Below, one piece after another: positions 53,963-63,426 of a stretch of 64,000 nt of DNA. The stretch is from contig JACPTQ010000043.1 of NCBI GenBank assembly GCA_016192705.1, positions 65,437-129,436 of the forward strand, in the 5' to 3' direction. The DNA is from Deltaproteobacteria bacterium (lineage in GTDB: Bacteria > Myxococcota > JACPTQ01). Each line of letters opens with the position of its first letter. Position 1 is the first letter of the stretch. A model generated the notes under the pieces. The model saw only the letters and a list, made by a program, of their open reading frames with translations. It made no database searches and was not told where the DNA came from. The position numbers and the translations under genes are program-made.

Positions 53963-55879
53963 ATGTCAACAACCTGTCCGCGCTGCGGAGCCGATTTCAA
54001 GGAGACCGCGTCGTTCTGCGGTTTCTGCGGCGCGCCCGCGCTCCGCGAGTCCCGCAAGGAGCCGGCCGACGCGCTTCTCGGTCGGATCATCGACGGCCGC
54101 TACCGTGTCGTCACGCGCATCGGCGAGGGCGGCATGGGCACCGTTTACAAAGTTGAGCACGTCCACATCGGAAAATTCATGGCGCTCAAAATCTTGCGGC
54201 GCGAATTCAGCGCAAGCGCCGACGTCGTTCGCCGATTTCGCCGCGAGGCGCAAGCCGCCAGCCGATTGTCCAACGTCCACACCGTCGCGGTCTTTGACTT
54301 TGGCCGAAGCGCGGAGGGCGCGCTCTACATTGCGATGGAATGGGTCGAGGGCGAAAACTTGCTGACGCTGCTCTCGAAGGAAGGCCCGTTCCCTTGGCGA
54401 CGCGTCGCCAAAATCGGCCTCCAACTCGCCATCTCGCTCTCCGAAGCACACGAAAAGGGGATCGTCCACCGCGACCTCAAGCCCGAGAACATCATGGTCG
54501 TGCGAACAAAAGAGGGCGGCGAATTCGTCAAGATCCTCGACTTCGGGCTTGCGAAAGTCGTCGAGCTCGACAGCCAAGGCGAAGTCATCACCGCCCACGG
54601 CAACATCGTTGGCACCCCGTACTACATGGCGCCCGAGCAGATCAAAGGCGACGACGTCGATCCGCGCGCCGACATCTACTCGCTCGGCGCCGTGCTCTAC
54701 CGGCTCCTCTGCGGCGATCCGCCCTTCTACGCAAAGTCGCCGATCGCCGTGCTCCAAAAACATTTGAACGAACCACTTCCGCCGCTTCGCGACCGCATGT
54801 CCGGACGCGAGCTTCCCGATGCCCTTGAGGCGCTCGTCCACCAGGCCCTCGAAAAAGATCGCGACCGCCGCCCAGGCAACGCCGAAGAACTCCGACGCCG
54901 GTTCGACACGCTGCTCGCGAACAGCGGCCACGAGAGCCCGTCGGGAAGTAAGAGCCCCGTTGTTGCACTCGACGAATGGAGATGGGACACCGAGCTTCGA
55001 ATCAGCGAGCGACAAGACTGGGAGCGCTTCGCACGCGGGCTCAAGCGACGTCGCTTTCTTTCGATCGTCATTCCGCTCGTTCTGCTTGGCGGAATTGCGG
55101 CAACGCTCTATTTTTTTGCGACAGAGCAAGGCTGGTTTGCTCGCTCGCGTGAAGGCGAGCCGAACAACGACCCGAACCAGGCGACGCGCCTCGTGCCCGG
55201 GCGCCCGTTGAAAGGGCAAATCGGGAAACGGACGTCACCCGCAGTCGGCGATCAGGATTTCTATCGCGTCGAATTTCCGAAAGGGGCGGCACCTCAAAAC
55301 ATTCGAGTCGAAGTCACGCCGATTCCCCGCATGAACATCGAGATCAAGCTCTTCAGCGCAAGCGGTGGCGCGGCCATGGCGTTGGCCGACGAAACAGGCC
55401 CCGGCGGCCGCGAAATCATGTGCCGCCACCAACTTCCGCCCGAGGGCGCGCTCATCCTCGTTCGCGAGCGCCCTCTTCCCGACTCGGCACCCACAGAAAA
55501 TGTGAGCGACGATTACACCATTACCGCGACACTGTCGGCGATTTCGCCCGGTGAGGAAGTTGAGCCGAACAACTCAGCTCAGACCGCCAACGCCCTCGCT
55601 CCGACGACATGGATTACTGGAACGATTTGCGGAGGCTCGGACGAAGACTGGTACCGCGTCGATGCGACACCCCTCGTCGGCAAAACGGTGCGGCTCGAGT
55701 TTGAACCCAAGGCCGGCGCCGAAAAAGCGACGGTTGGGTTTTACTCAGAGGAACTCGCGTTCCTCGGCGAGAAGCGCGAACTCAAGATGGAACGCGCGGG
55801 CGTCTATTACGTTGTTGTCCGCGGCAGCAAAGGAACCGCCTTCGAAGCGGAGTATCGCCTGCGCGCGATACTGAAATAA
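53963..55879 (+). CDS. Zinc-ribbon Ser/Thr protein kinase with a TM segment and two C-terminal pre-peptidase (PPC)-like domains
   Basis: CPRCG...CGFCG; kinase motifs GEGGMGTVYK, HRDLKPENI, DFGLAK and APE; the pattern EPNN...DxDxYR occurs twice. Confidence 0.85.
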   Translation: MSTTCPRCGADFKETASFCGFCGAPALRESRKEPADALLGRIIDGRYRVVTRIGEGGMGTVYKVEHVHIGKFMALKILRREFSASADVVRRFRREAQAASRLSNVHTVAVFDFGRSAEGALYIAMEWVEGENLLTLLSKEGPFPWRRVAKIGLQLAISLSEAHEKGIVHRDLKPENIMVVRTKEGGEFVKILDFGLAKVVELDSQGEVITAHGNIVGTPYYMAPEQIKGDDVDPRADIYSLGAVLYRLLCGDPPFYAKSPIAVLQKHLNEPLPPLRDRMSGRELPDALEALVHQALEKDRDRRPGNAEELRRRFDTLLANSGHESPSGSKSPVVALDEWRWDTELRISERQDWERFARGLKRRRFLSIVIPLVLLGGIAATLYFFATEQGWFARSREGEPNNDPNQATRLVPGRPLKGQIGKRTSPAVGDQDFYRVEFPKGAAPQNIRVEVTPIPRMNIEIKLFSASGGAAMALADETGPGGREIMCRHQLPPEGALILVRERPLPDSAPTENVSDDYTITATLSAISPGEEVEPNNSAQTANALAPTTWITGTICGGSDEDWYRVDATPLVGKTVRLEFEPKAGAEKATVGFYSEELAFLGEKRELKMERAGVYYVVVRGSKGTAFEAEYRLRAILK

Positions 55880-55882
55880 GTG

Positions 55883-56824
55883 TCAGCTGCTTGAGACGCA
55901 AACGCCGGCCGTGCAGGTTTGCGATCCCGTACACGCCGCGCCCCCGCCACAATTGCAAGCCGTTCCGCTGCATGAGTTGCTGTTGGTGCACCCCGCGTTC
56001 GATCCGCAGAAGCACGACCCCGTGGAGCACGTTTCGTTCGTCTTGCAATCACCGTTGCGGCCGCACGCGTACCGGCAATCAATGAGCGCGTCTTGGCCGA
56101 TGCTGCACGGCTTCGTGAGTAGCGCGGCTCCCGTATCCGAAGTTCCGCTCGAGCAACTCGCGCCATTCGGTTGGGAACGAAGGCACCCGTAACAAATCTC
56201 GATGGGATAAATGAACGGTCCCGTCGTCACCTCGACCTCGCCCAACGATTTTCCGATGATCTCGATCTCGACCAAAGCGGTGATGAACGAATCCGTCGTC
56301 GTAAAGTACGGCGGCTCGCCCGTCGCGCCCGTCGACAAGACCGTCAAGATGTAGTTCGACACCTCCGCGTTCATGAAATTAAACACAAGTGCGGCCGACG
56401 ACCCGGCCGTGAGGAGGTTCGTGAGTTGATCGGCGAGTCCAACCTCGAAATACTTCTGATACGTCGCGTTGGTCGCGTTCGTGCATGGTTCATTTCCCGC
56501 GCTCGTTCTTGCCAGAATCTTCCCGCACGCGAGAAACGTGCTCAGAGGCTTTGCGATCGACAGCTTCCATCGAATGGTCGAAATGACAACCGACGCGGAA
56601 TCGCTTCCTGAAAGTTGGTTCTTGATCTCCGCGCCAAACTTGTATTCTGACGTGTAAAAGAGGTCGATCAGTCCTGCTGTCAAGAAACTCGATCCGCCAG
56701 CCGCATACGTGCACGCGGAATCCGGTTTGATGCTCCCCTTAAAAATGAGAGAGAGCCGATTCGGAACGCAACCAAACATAATGCACGTGAACGCGAAACC
56801 CAAACCCGCGACGAGTCGCATCAT
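55883..56824 (-). CDS. Lipoprotein with a C-terminal Cys/Gly/Ser/Thr-rich repeat region, function unknown
   Basis: ATG 56824 (ATGA overlap with aroB, RBS GGAGGAAG). Lipobox IMFGC. The C-terminal CxxxxxC repeats read CKTNETCSTGSCFCGSNAGCTNSNSCSGTACNCGGGAACTGSQTCTAGVC. Confidence 0.6.
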   Translation of the reverse strand: MMRLVAGLGFAFTCIMFGCVPNRLSLIFKGSIKPDSACTYAAGGSSFLTAGLIDLFYTSEYKFGAEIKNQLSGSDSASVVISTIRWKLSIAKPLSTFLACGKILARTSAGNEPCTNATNATYQKYFEVGLADQLTNLLTAGSSAALVFNFMNAEVSNYILTVLSTGATGEPPYFTTTDSFITALVEIEIIGKSLGEVEVTTGPFIYPIEICYGCLRSQPNGASCSSGTSDTGAALLTKPCSIGQDALIDCRYACGRNGDCKTNETCSTGSCFCGSNAGCTNSNSCSGTACNCGGGAACTGSQTCTAGVCVSSS

Positions 56825-57867
56825 GGCATCTTCCTCCAAAGCAATTTTGTGAGAGTCGGCCGGTCGATCGGCCGAACAACAACATCACCAATTTCGCGAA
56901 TCAAGACGAACTGAATCTCGCCGGACACGGTTTTCTTATCGAGCCCGAGCGCCGCGCCAACCGCAACGCTGCTGACGCTTTCAAAATCGGTCGGCAACCC
57001 CAACGCCCGACACAAGCGCTCGACGCGATCCGCCGCGGCCTGGCTTGTGATTCCGAGTTGTGTCCCCACAACGAGCGCCGCACGCATTCCCATGGAAACG
57101 GCCTCGCCATGAGAAAAAGTGGAATACGCCGTCGCCTGCTCGATGGCATGCCCTACGGTGTGACCGAAATTCAAAACCCGACGGAGCCCGACCTCGCGCT
57201 CGTCGGCCGACACAACGTCCGCTTTTCCCTGCGCCACGCGAAAAACAACCTCGGCAAGAAGGCCTTGGTCGCGGGCCAGAAGACGTTCGATGTTGGTCTC
57301 CAACATGGTAAACAGCGCCGCGTCGCGAATCGCCGCCGTCTTTACAACCTCCGCGAGGCCCCCGGCGAAATCGCGCGGGGAGAGCGATCCAAGAAGGCTC
57401 ACGTCCACAAAGACGGCACGCGGCTGATAGAACGTTCCGACGAGGTTCTTGCCGCTCCCCCAGTTGACGCCGTTCTTTCCGCCAATCGCCGCGTCGACCT
57501 GCGCGAGCAACGTCGTCGGAACCAACACGAATGGCACGCCGCGAAATAGTGTGGCCGCGACAAACCCAGCCAAGTCGCCGACAACGCCACCACCCAATCC
57601 CACGATAACCGTCCGCCGCTCCGCGCCCTGCGCAAGAATCTGGTCGACGATCGAGGCGTACGTCGCAAGCGTCTTCGCCGACTCACCCGCTTCGACGATC
57701 ACGCGCCTCTTCTGTGGAAACGCCTTTGGGCAGATTCTGGCGACGTTCAAATCGGTGATGACCACGGCGTCGCGCTCGGCAACCATCTTCTCTGCCTCGT
57801 CGAGAGCCTGCGGTCCGACGTGGACATCGTAACGTCGCTCACCGAGTTCAACACTCACGCATCTCAT
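56821..57867 (-). CDS. aroB: 3-dehydroquinate synthase
   Basis: GGGVVGDLAGF, the GKN motif and HTVGHAIE. Start trimmed to ATG 57867 (ATGA overlap with aroK). Confidence 0.93.
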   Translation of the reverse strand: MRCVSVELGERRYDVHVGPQALDEAEKMVAERDAVVITDLNVARICPKAFPQKRRVIVEAGESAKTLATYASIVDQILAQGAERRTVIVGLGGGVVGDLAGFVAATLFRGVPFVLVPTTLLAQVDAAIGGKNGVNWGSGKNLVGTFYQPRAVFVDVSLLGSLSPRDFAGGLAEVVKTAAIRDAALFTMLETNIERLLARDQGLLAEVVFRVAQGKADVVSADEREVGLRRVLNFGHTVGHAIEQATAYSTFSHGEAVSMGMRAALVVGTQLGITSQAAADRVERLCRALGLPTDFESVSSVAVGAALGLDKKTVSGEIQFVLIREIGDVVVRPIDRPTLTKLLWRKMP

Positions 57868-58373
57868 TGGCGCCGCCCCCGTAGCCACGCGGCGATCGTC
57901 GCGACGACTTCGTCCGCCGACTGCGCGTCGGTGTCGACGCAAAGATCGGCATCGGCGTACACCGCTCTTCGCTCCGCGAGCAACCCCTCGCGGAAAAGGG
58001 GTCGCGCGACGCCCCCCGCGACACGCCGCACCGCAATCGCCTCCGAAACGTTGAGGGTCACAATGACACCGCGCGACCGCGCGAGCGCTCGGTTTGACGG
58101 CGCCAGAAGCGTTCCCCCACCGAGCGCAACGACACCCGCCGGCGCACCGATCACATTTTTCAGCGCGCGGCTCTCAACCTCGCGAAACGCTGTCTCCCCG
58201 CGCGTCTGAATCGACGCAGCGATTGTTTCGCCCAACAGCTTTTCCGTCACTCGGTCAAGGTCGATGAAAGGCATCCCCATCGATTTCGCCAAAGCCGCGC
58301 CAACCGTCGATTTCCCAGAGCCCATGAAGCCGCTTAGAAAAACAATTCGCCTCTCGTTCGCCTGCGCCGTCAT
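57864..58373 (-). CDS. aroK: Shikimate kinase
   Basis: P-loop GFMGSGKSTVG and the GGG motif (VALGGGT). 169 aa. Confidence 0.9.
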   Translation of the reverse strand: MTAQANERRIVFLSGFMGSGKSTVGAALAKSMGMPFIDLDRVTEKLLGETIAASIQTRGETAFREVESRALKNVIGAPAGVVALGGGTLLAPSNRALARSRGVIVTLNVSEAIAVRRVAGGVARPLFREGLLAERRAVYADADLCVDTDAQSADEVVATIAAWLRGRRQ

Positions 58374-58382
58374 GCTCCATAC

Positions 58383-59552
58383 CTAGAACTGAGCAACTTG
58401 AGCACGATACCCCTCGACGTTTCGCTTGAACTCACCCAACGAGTCTCCACCAAATTTCTCGAGCACCGCCTCGGCAACAACCCACGCCACAACCGCTTCG
58501 CCAATGACAGCCGCCGCCGGCACCGCGCACGTGTCGCTCCTCTCGGTTGCCGCGCCACCCGGCTTTTTCGTGTCGATGTCGACCGACGCGAGCGGCGAAG
58601 GCAACGTTGAAATCGGCTTCAGCGCGCCACGCACAACAATCGGCTCGCCGTTTGACATTCCACCCTCAATACCGCCCGCGTTATTTCGCGTTCGCTGAAA
58701 TCGACCGTCAGCGAAAACAATTGGGTCGTGTACCGCCGACCCAAACGCCGCCGCCACGCCCACGCCCAGTCCAATTTCGACCGCTTTCACGGCCGGCACG
58801 CTCATCACAACCGCGGCAAGCCGCGCGTCCAGCCGCCGATCCCACGTCACGTGCGACCCCAAGCCCGGCGGTACGCCACCCACAACTACCTCAAACGTTC
58901 CCCCCAGCGTGTCGCGTCCGTCGCGCGCGCGATCGACTTCGGCCATCATCTCCGTTGTCGCCTCTGCATCAACGCACCGCATTTCAGACTCTTCACTCTT
59001 CCGCGCGATCTCATCCACGTCGAATACCGTTGGCGTGTTGATTGCGATTCGTCCAACCCGAACGACGTGCGACGCAATTCGAACGCCAAGCGTCGCGAGA
59101 AGCTGCTTCGCGATGGCGCCGACCGCAACCCGCGCTGCCGTTTCGCGCGCCGACGCCCGCTCTAAAATGTCGCGCAGATCGCGTCGATTGTATTTCATGC
59201 CCCCCGCGAGATCGGCGTGCCCCGGGCGCGGTCGCGTGAGTCGTCTGTCGTCGGACGGTTGCCCGCGCGGCGTCCAAGCATTCATGACAACCGACCAATT
59301 GTCGTGGTCGCGATTCCTAACAACAACGGTGATCGGACTCCCAATCGTTTCGCCGTGACGAACGCCGGATATGAATTCAACTTCGTCCCGCTCAATCTTC
59401 ATGCGACCGCCGCGACCATATCCCCCTTGTCGTCGCCGAAGCTCATTGTTCACCGCAGCCAAGTCGAGACGGAGTCCCGCCGGAAATCCTTCAACGATCG
59501 CTGTGAGCGCCAGCCCATGCGACTCACCCGAATAAAGAACGCGCGGTTTCAC
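58383..59552 (-). CDS. aroC: Chorismate synthase
   Basis: GESHG, GRSSARETA-like (ERASARETAARV) and GGISNG-like (GGMSNGEP). GTGA overlap with the pilQ stop. Confidence 0.95.
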   Translation of the reverse strand: MKPRVLYSGESHGLALTAIVEGFPAGLRLDLAAVNNELRRRQGGYGRGGRMKIERDEVEFISGVRHGETIGSPITVVVRNRDHDNWSVVMNAWTPRGQPSDDRRLTRPRPGHADLAGGMKYNRRDLRDILERASARETAARVAVGAIAKQLLATLGVRIASHVVRVGRIAINTPTVFDVDEIARKSEESEMRCVDAEATTEMMAEVDRARDGRDTLGGTFEVVVGGVPPGLGSHVTWDRRLDARLAAVVMSVPAVKAVEIGLGVGVAAAFGSAVHDPIVFADGRFQRTRNNAGGIEGGMSNGEPIVVRGALKPISTLPSPLASVDIDTKKPGGAATERSDTCAVPAAAVIGEAVVAWVVAEAVLEKFGGDSLGEFKRNVEGYRAQVAQF

Positions 59553-62500
59553 CGACCGGACGCGCTGCCGCCCTGACCCCCCGGGATCGTCGCGGGCCGA
59601 TTGATGATGCGTGGCGTGATGAACACAAGCAGCTCCTGGCGAATGTCTTTCTCCGTCCGGTTCTTAAAGAGCCATCCCAATATCGGGATCTTCGCGAGCA
59701 CCGGTATTTCCTTGTACGAAAGGCCCGTATTCCGCGTGAAGATGCCCGCAATAACCGTCGTGTCGCCGTCCCGCACCCAAATGTTCGTGTTCGCTGAGCG
59801 TGTGTTCATCGCGGGGTTACCACCGCCACCTCGCGTGTTGAAGTCCGGCTCATTCTTCGTGACGCTGACCTGCATCCGAATTCCCCCGTCCGCTGTGACG
59901 TGCGGTGTCACCGAGAGCGACAGCGCCGCGTTGGTCAACGATACACTCGCTCCAGCGGCCCCAACCGAGAAATACGGAATCGAAACACCCTGAGAAATCG
60001 TCGCCGCCTGATTGTCGAGCGTCGTGATCTTGGGCGCCGATATGATTCGTGCGGTCCCGTTCTCTTCGGCCGCGGTCAACCGAAGGTGAAGGTTCGCGAT
60101 TCCGCCCAGGCTGCCCATCGAGATTCCGATGCCACCGCCCGCGCCCAGCCCCGCGCTTACCGGCAAGTTGACGATGTAGTTGGGCGTTCCGAAAAGCAGC
60201 CCCTCGGTTGGTGCGGCACCCGAACCACCCGCGATTCCCAACCGCGAAGGGAACGAAAGGCCGGTCGGATTACCCGTCGAGTGGCTAAACGAAATGTCGC
60301 CGCCCCATTGAATACCGAAGTCGCGCGTAAAGTTGGTGCTCGCCTCGACGATGCGCGCCTCGATCAGAATCTGTGGCGTCTGCGTGTCAAGGAACTCGAC
60401 CACGCGCCGCGCGCGATTAAGGTTCTCAACTTGATCCTTCACGATGAGCGAATTCGTTCGTGTGTCGATCGCAACGGTTCCTTTAGGCGTGAGGACGTCT
60501 TTGATCTGCGCTTGAAGTTGACCCGGCTCAGCATAGCTCACCGGGATAATCTCAACTTGAGGCGGACGCTCGACTTTGACCCTTGTCTGCGCCTCTTCGA
60601 GCGATTTGCGTTCCTCATCGAGCGCCTTGAGTGGCGCGACGCGCAAGATGTTCCCTTTTTGGACGTACCCAAAGCCTTTGCTTCGTAAGATGAGGTCAAG
60701 CGCCGTGCGCCACGGGACATCTTTGAGAAGGATTGAAACTCTCCCTGCGACTTCATCGCTCACCACGAAGTTCAACTTGACGACATCCGAGATGAGACGA
60801 AGCACGCGGTGAAGATCGGCCTCCTCGAGCGCGAGATTGACGCGAATGTCCTCGCGCGGACCGCCACCGCCTGCACGTCGCGCACGCGTCGTCTGTCCGG
60901 TTACCGCAGCGAGAAGGGAGCGCTCCGTCCCGAATCCCGAACTCGCAACGGGACCAGCGGTTGTGATGTCGCCGAAAAGGAGGCGGCGCGCCTCGGTTGT
61001 TGGGATCGCTGCAGTTTGGCGAACGGCTATCGTCGCGGCGCTCGACGGGCGTCGATCGGGCGGGGGAACGGAAATGAAGTAGCGATCGGGCGAGACGCGC
61101 AGCGAAGGAACCGCGCCATGACGAACTTTGATCACGAGTCGAACGCTCCCCTCGCGGCGCGTGAAGGCCGACACGGAGATCAAGCCCCCCGGGAGCTCGC
61201 TCGCATCCAACGTCCGCTCAAACGCCCGCGGGAGACGCGCCCCGTGGAGGTCCAGAATCCAGCGACCGGGCAATGCCCGCTGGAATCGATGCTGAAGACG
61301 CCCATCGGTCTCGACAACCACCCGACTCCCGTCTCCATCCTCCTCAACGCGAAGATCAGCGACTGCGCCTGTCACCGCCTCGCCAACGGGTTCGCCTCGC
61401 CGCGCCCGCTTCGCCGCTGGAACCTCCGCCTCCGCTGATGCCACGCGCGTCGTGACCGCCCGCGTATCCGAGCTCGGTTTCAAGGCAGGCTCCAGCACCC
61501 GCCCTTCGACACGACCTGCGGCATCCGAGCTTGTCGCAACGCCCGTCTTCGTCGGCGCCGTGGTTTTCTCAGTCAGCAGCTTCTGCAACTCCGCGCGAAT
61601 CACGCGATTCTCGGATTCAAGGTTCTCCCGGGCGCGCCGTTCCGTATCGGCCGCACGCGCCACATCCGCCGCCCGCTGCCGCTCGCGGCTTAGCTCCACC
61701 TCAAGTTTGGCTTGCGCCGATCGCGCGGTCCGCAGTTCGGTCGCCGCCTGTTCGGCATCGCCCTCCAGCCGTCGGCGCGTTGACACCGCCTCATCGAGTT
61801 GCCTCATCAAATCGGCTTTTTCCTTTGAGCTTTTTTTCAGCGCCGTCCGAAGCTGTGCGTGTCCCGTCACTTCTGCCTGATCACGCAATGATTTCGCCTC
61901 ACTGACCGCCGCTGATTGCGTCACCAGCTCGCCGCGAATTCGATCGACCGAACGCCCCTTCTCGAGCGCCTCCGCCTCTGCACGCTGCCGCGCCTTTTCT
62001 GCTTCGAGACGCAGCGTCTCCGCGTGCGTAACCTGACGCTTTAATTCCAGAACACGAGCCGCATCCACCTTCTGTTCGCCGAGGGCGCGACGCAGCTTGT
62101 CGACCTCCGCGCGAACACGCGTTCGCTCGGCGTCTTCACTCCGACGCCTCTCCTCGACCGTGGCCATCACGCGCCGCAGATCTCGCCGCGTCGCCTCGAG
62201 TTCACTGTCTTTCTCCGCCAATCTTTTCGACGCCTCACCATATTCCCGCTCGCGCTTCTCGAGACTTGCCGCCCGCCCCGCAAGTTGCGACGCCGCCACT
62301 TCGGCCGCTCGCCGAACTTCAAGCTCCTTGGCCCGCGCCTTCTCCAACGCCCTCTCCCGCGCCGCCGCCTCGACCAGGCGCTTCTCCAAATCGCGCTGCC
62401 GACTGGCCCATTTCGTCTCGCGCAAAGCGGCTTCGCGCCGTTCGACGTCCGCAGCCGCACGAAGTCGAACGAGTTCCTCTTTCGTCGACCGAATTTCGGA

Positions 62501-63406
62501 CGCCGTCGCCTCCGTCACCGCTCGCTCGCGTTTCTCAAGGTCCTTGAGGCGCGCCACCAAGTCTTCTTCCCGGCGCACCCGCTCCTTTTCCGACACCTCG
62601 CGCTCCCGCCGCTCACGCAGAAGCACCGATCGCGCCTCGTCGCGCTCACGCCGCGTCCGCTCAGCTTCGGCCGCCTGCTCGGCCGCCCGCCGATTGGCAC
62701 GGGCCAACTCCGATGTCGTCGCCTTCAGGTTCAATGCCGCCTTCGATGCCGTCACCTCAGCCAGCCGCGTTCGCTCTCTGGCTTCAGTGACCCGCCGTTC
62801 CGCTTCGGCATCCTTCGCGGCCGCGAGCTTTGAAACCGCTTGGCGTTCGTCCTCGCGAGCCTTCTCGAGGGCCGCACGCGCCTGCCGATCGGCCACTTCG
62901 CGGCTCTTCACTTGCACCGCAAGCAGAGCCCGAACGTCTGCGACTTCTTTTCGTGCGGCGACGACTTTCGCGCGCTCCACCGCGAGGTCTTTTTTCAAAT
63001 CAACGGGCGTCGCGTACAGCACAACTTTGAGCCGGTTCCCGTCCACTTTGACGTCGTATGGTACGTCGCGCTCAAAGCCGATCATCACGCGGCCAAACGC
63101 GCGCGCGTGATCGCGATACTGTGCGAGCACGATTTGCGTCACGACCCCGTTCGCCACATCGCGCGGGCTCTCAAACCGCGACAGATCGGCGCCTGCGATG
63201 TCCAGAACCAAACGCAGCGGGTTCTGAAGGCGAAACACCGTAAACGTTGGCTTCGTTTCCCCTTCAATCACGACCACGCATTGTCCGGGCTCTCCGTGCA
63301 CGTCGAGGCCGCGAATCGTATTCGTCACCGACTCCGACGGACTCGCCACCGCCGTCCCCGCTTGCACGCCGCACAAAACACCGACGAGACCTATCCAAAG
63401 TTTCAT
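59549..63406 (-). CDS. pilQ: Type IV pilus secretin PilQ with two AMIN domains separated by a charged coiled-coil region of about 480 aa
   Basis: C-terminal secretin core (VPVLAKIPILGWLF) and N0/N1-type domains. Two AMIN-like segments. Start placed at ATG 63406, which follows GGAG. Confidence 0.9.
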   Translation of the reverse strand: MKLWIGLVGVLCGVQAGTAVASPSESVTNTIRGLDVHGEPGQCVVVIEGETKPTFTVFRLQNPLRLVLDIAGADLSRFESPRDVANGVVTQIVLAQYRDHARAFGRVMIGFERDVPYDVKVDGNRLKVVLYATPVDLKKDLAVERAKVVAARKEVADVRALLAVQVKSREVADRQARAALEKAREDERQAVSKLAAAKDAEAERRVTEARERTRLAEVTASKAALNLKATTSELARANRRAAEQAAEAERTRRERDEARSVLLRERREREVSEKERVRREEDLVARLKDLEKRERAVTEATASEIRSTKEELVRLRAAADVERREAALRETKWASRQRDLEKRLVEAAARERALEKARAKELEVRRAAEVAASQLAGRAASLEKREREYGEASKRLAEKDSELEATRRDLRRVMATVEERRRSEDAERTRVRAEVDKLRRALGEQKVDAARVLELKRQVTHAETLRLEAEKARQRAEAEALEKGRSVDRIRGELVTQSAAVSEAKSLRDQAEVTGHAQLRTALKKSSKEKADLMRQLDEAVSTRRRLEGDAEQAATELRTARSAQAKLEVELSRERQRAADVARAADTERRARENLESENRVIRAELQKLLTEKTTAPTKTGVATSSDAAGRVEGRVLEPALKPSSDTRAVTTRVASAEAEVPAAKRARRGEPVGEAVTGAVADLRVEEDGDGSRVVVETDGRLQHRFQRALPGRWILDLHGARLPRAFERTLDASELPGGLISVSAFTRREGSVRLVIKVRHGAVPSLRVSPDRYFISVPPPDRRPSSAATIAVRQTAAIPTTEARRLLFGDITTAGPVASSGFGTERSLLAAVTGQTTRARRAGGGGPREDIRVNLALEEADLHRVLRLISDVVKLNFVVSDEVAGRVSILLKDVPWRTALDLILRSKGFGYVQKGNILRVAPLKALDEERKSLEEAQTRVKVERPPQVEIIPVSYAEPGQLQAQIKDVLTPKGTVAIDTRTNSLIVKDQVENLNRARRVVEFLDTQTPQILIEARIVEASTNFTRDFGIQWGGDISFSHSTGNPTGLSFPSRLGIAGGSGAAPTEGLLFGTPNYIVNLPVSAGLGAGGGIGISMGSLGGIANLHLRLTAAEENGTARIISAPKITTLDNQAATISQGVSIPYFSVGAAGASVSLTNAALSLSVTPHVTADGGIRMQVSVTKNEPDFNTRGGGGNPAMNTRSANTNIWVRDGDTTVIAGIFTRNTGLSYKEIPVLAKIPILGWLFKNRTEKDIRQELLVFITPRIINRPATIPGGQGGSASGR

Positions 63407-63426
63407 TTGTTTCGTCTCCACGTCCT

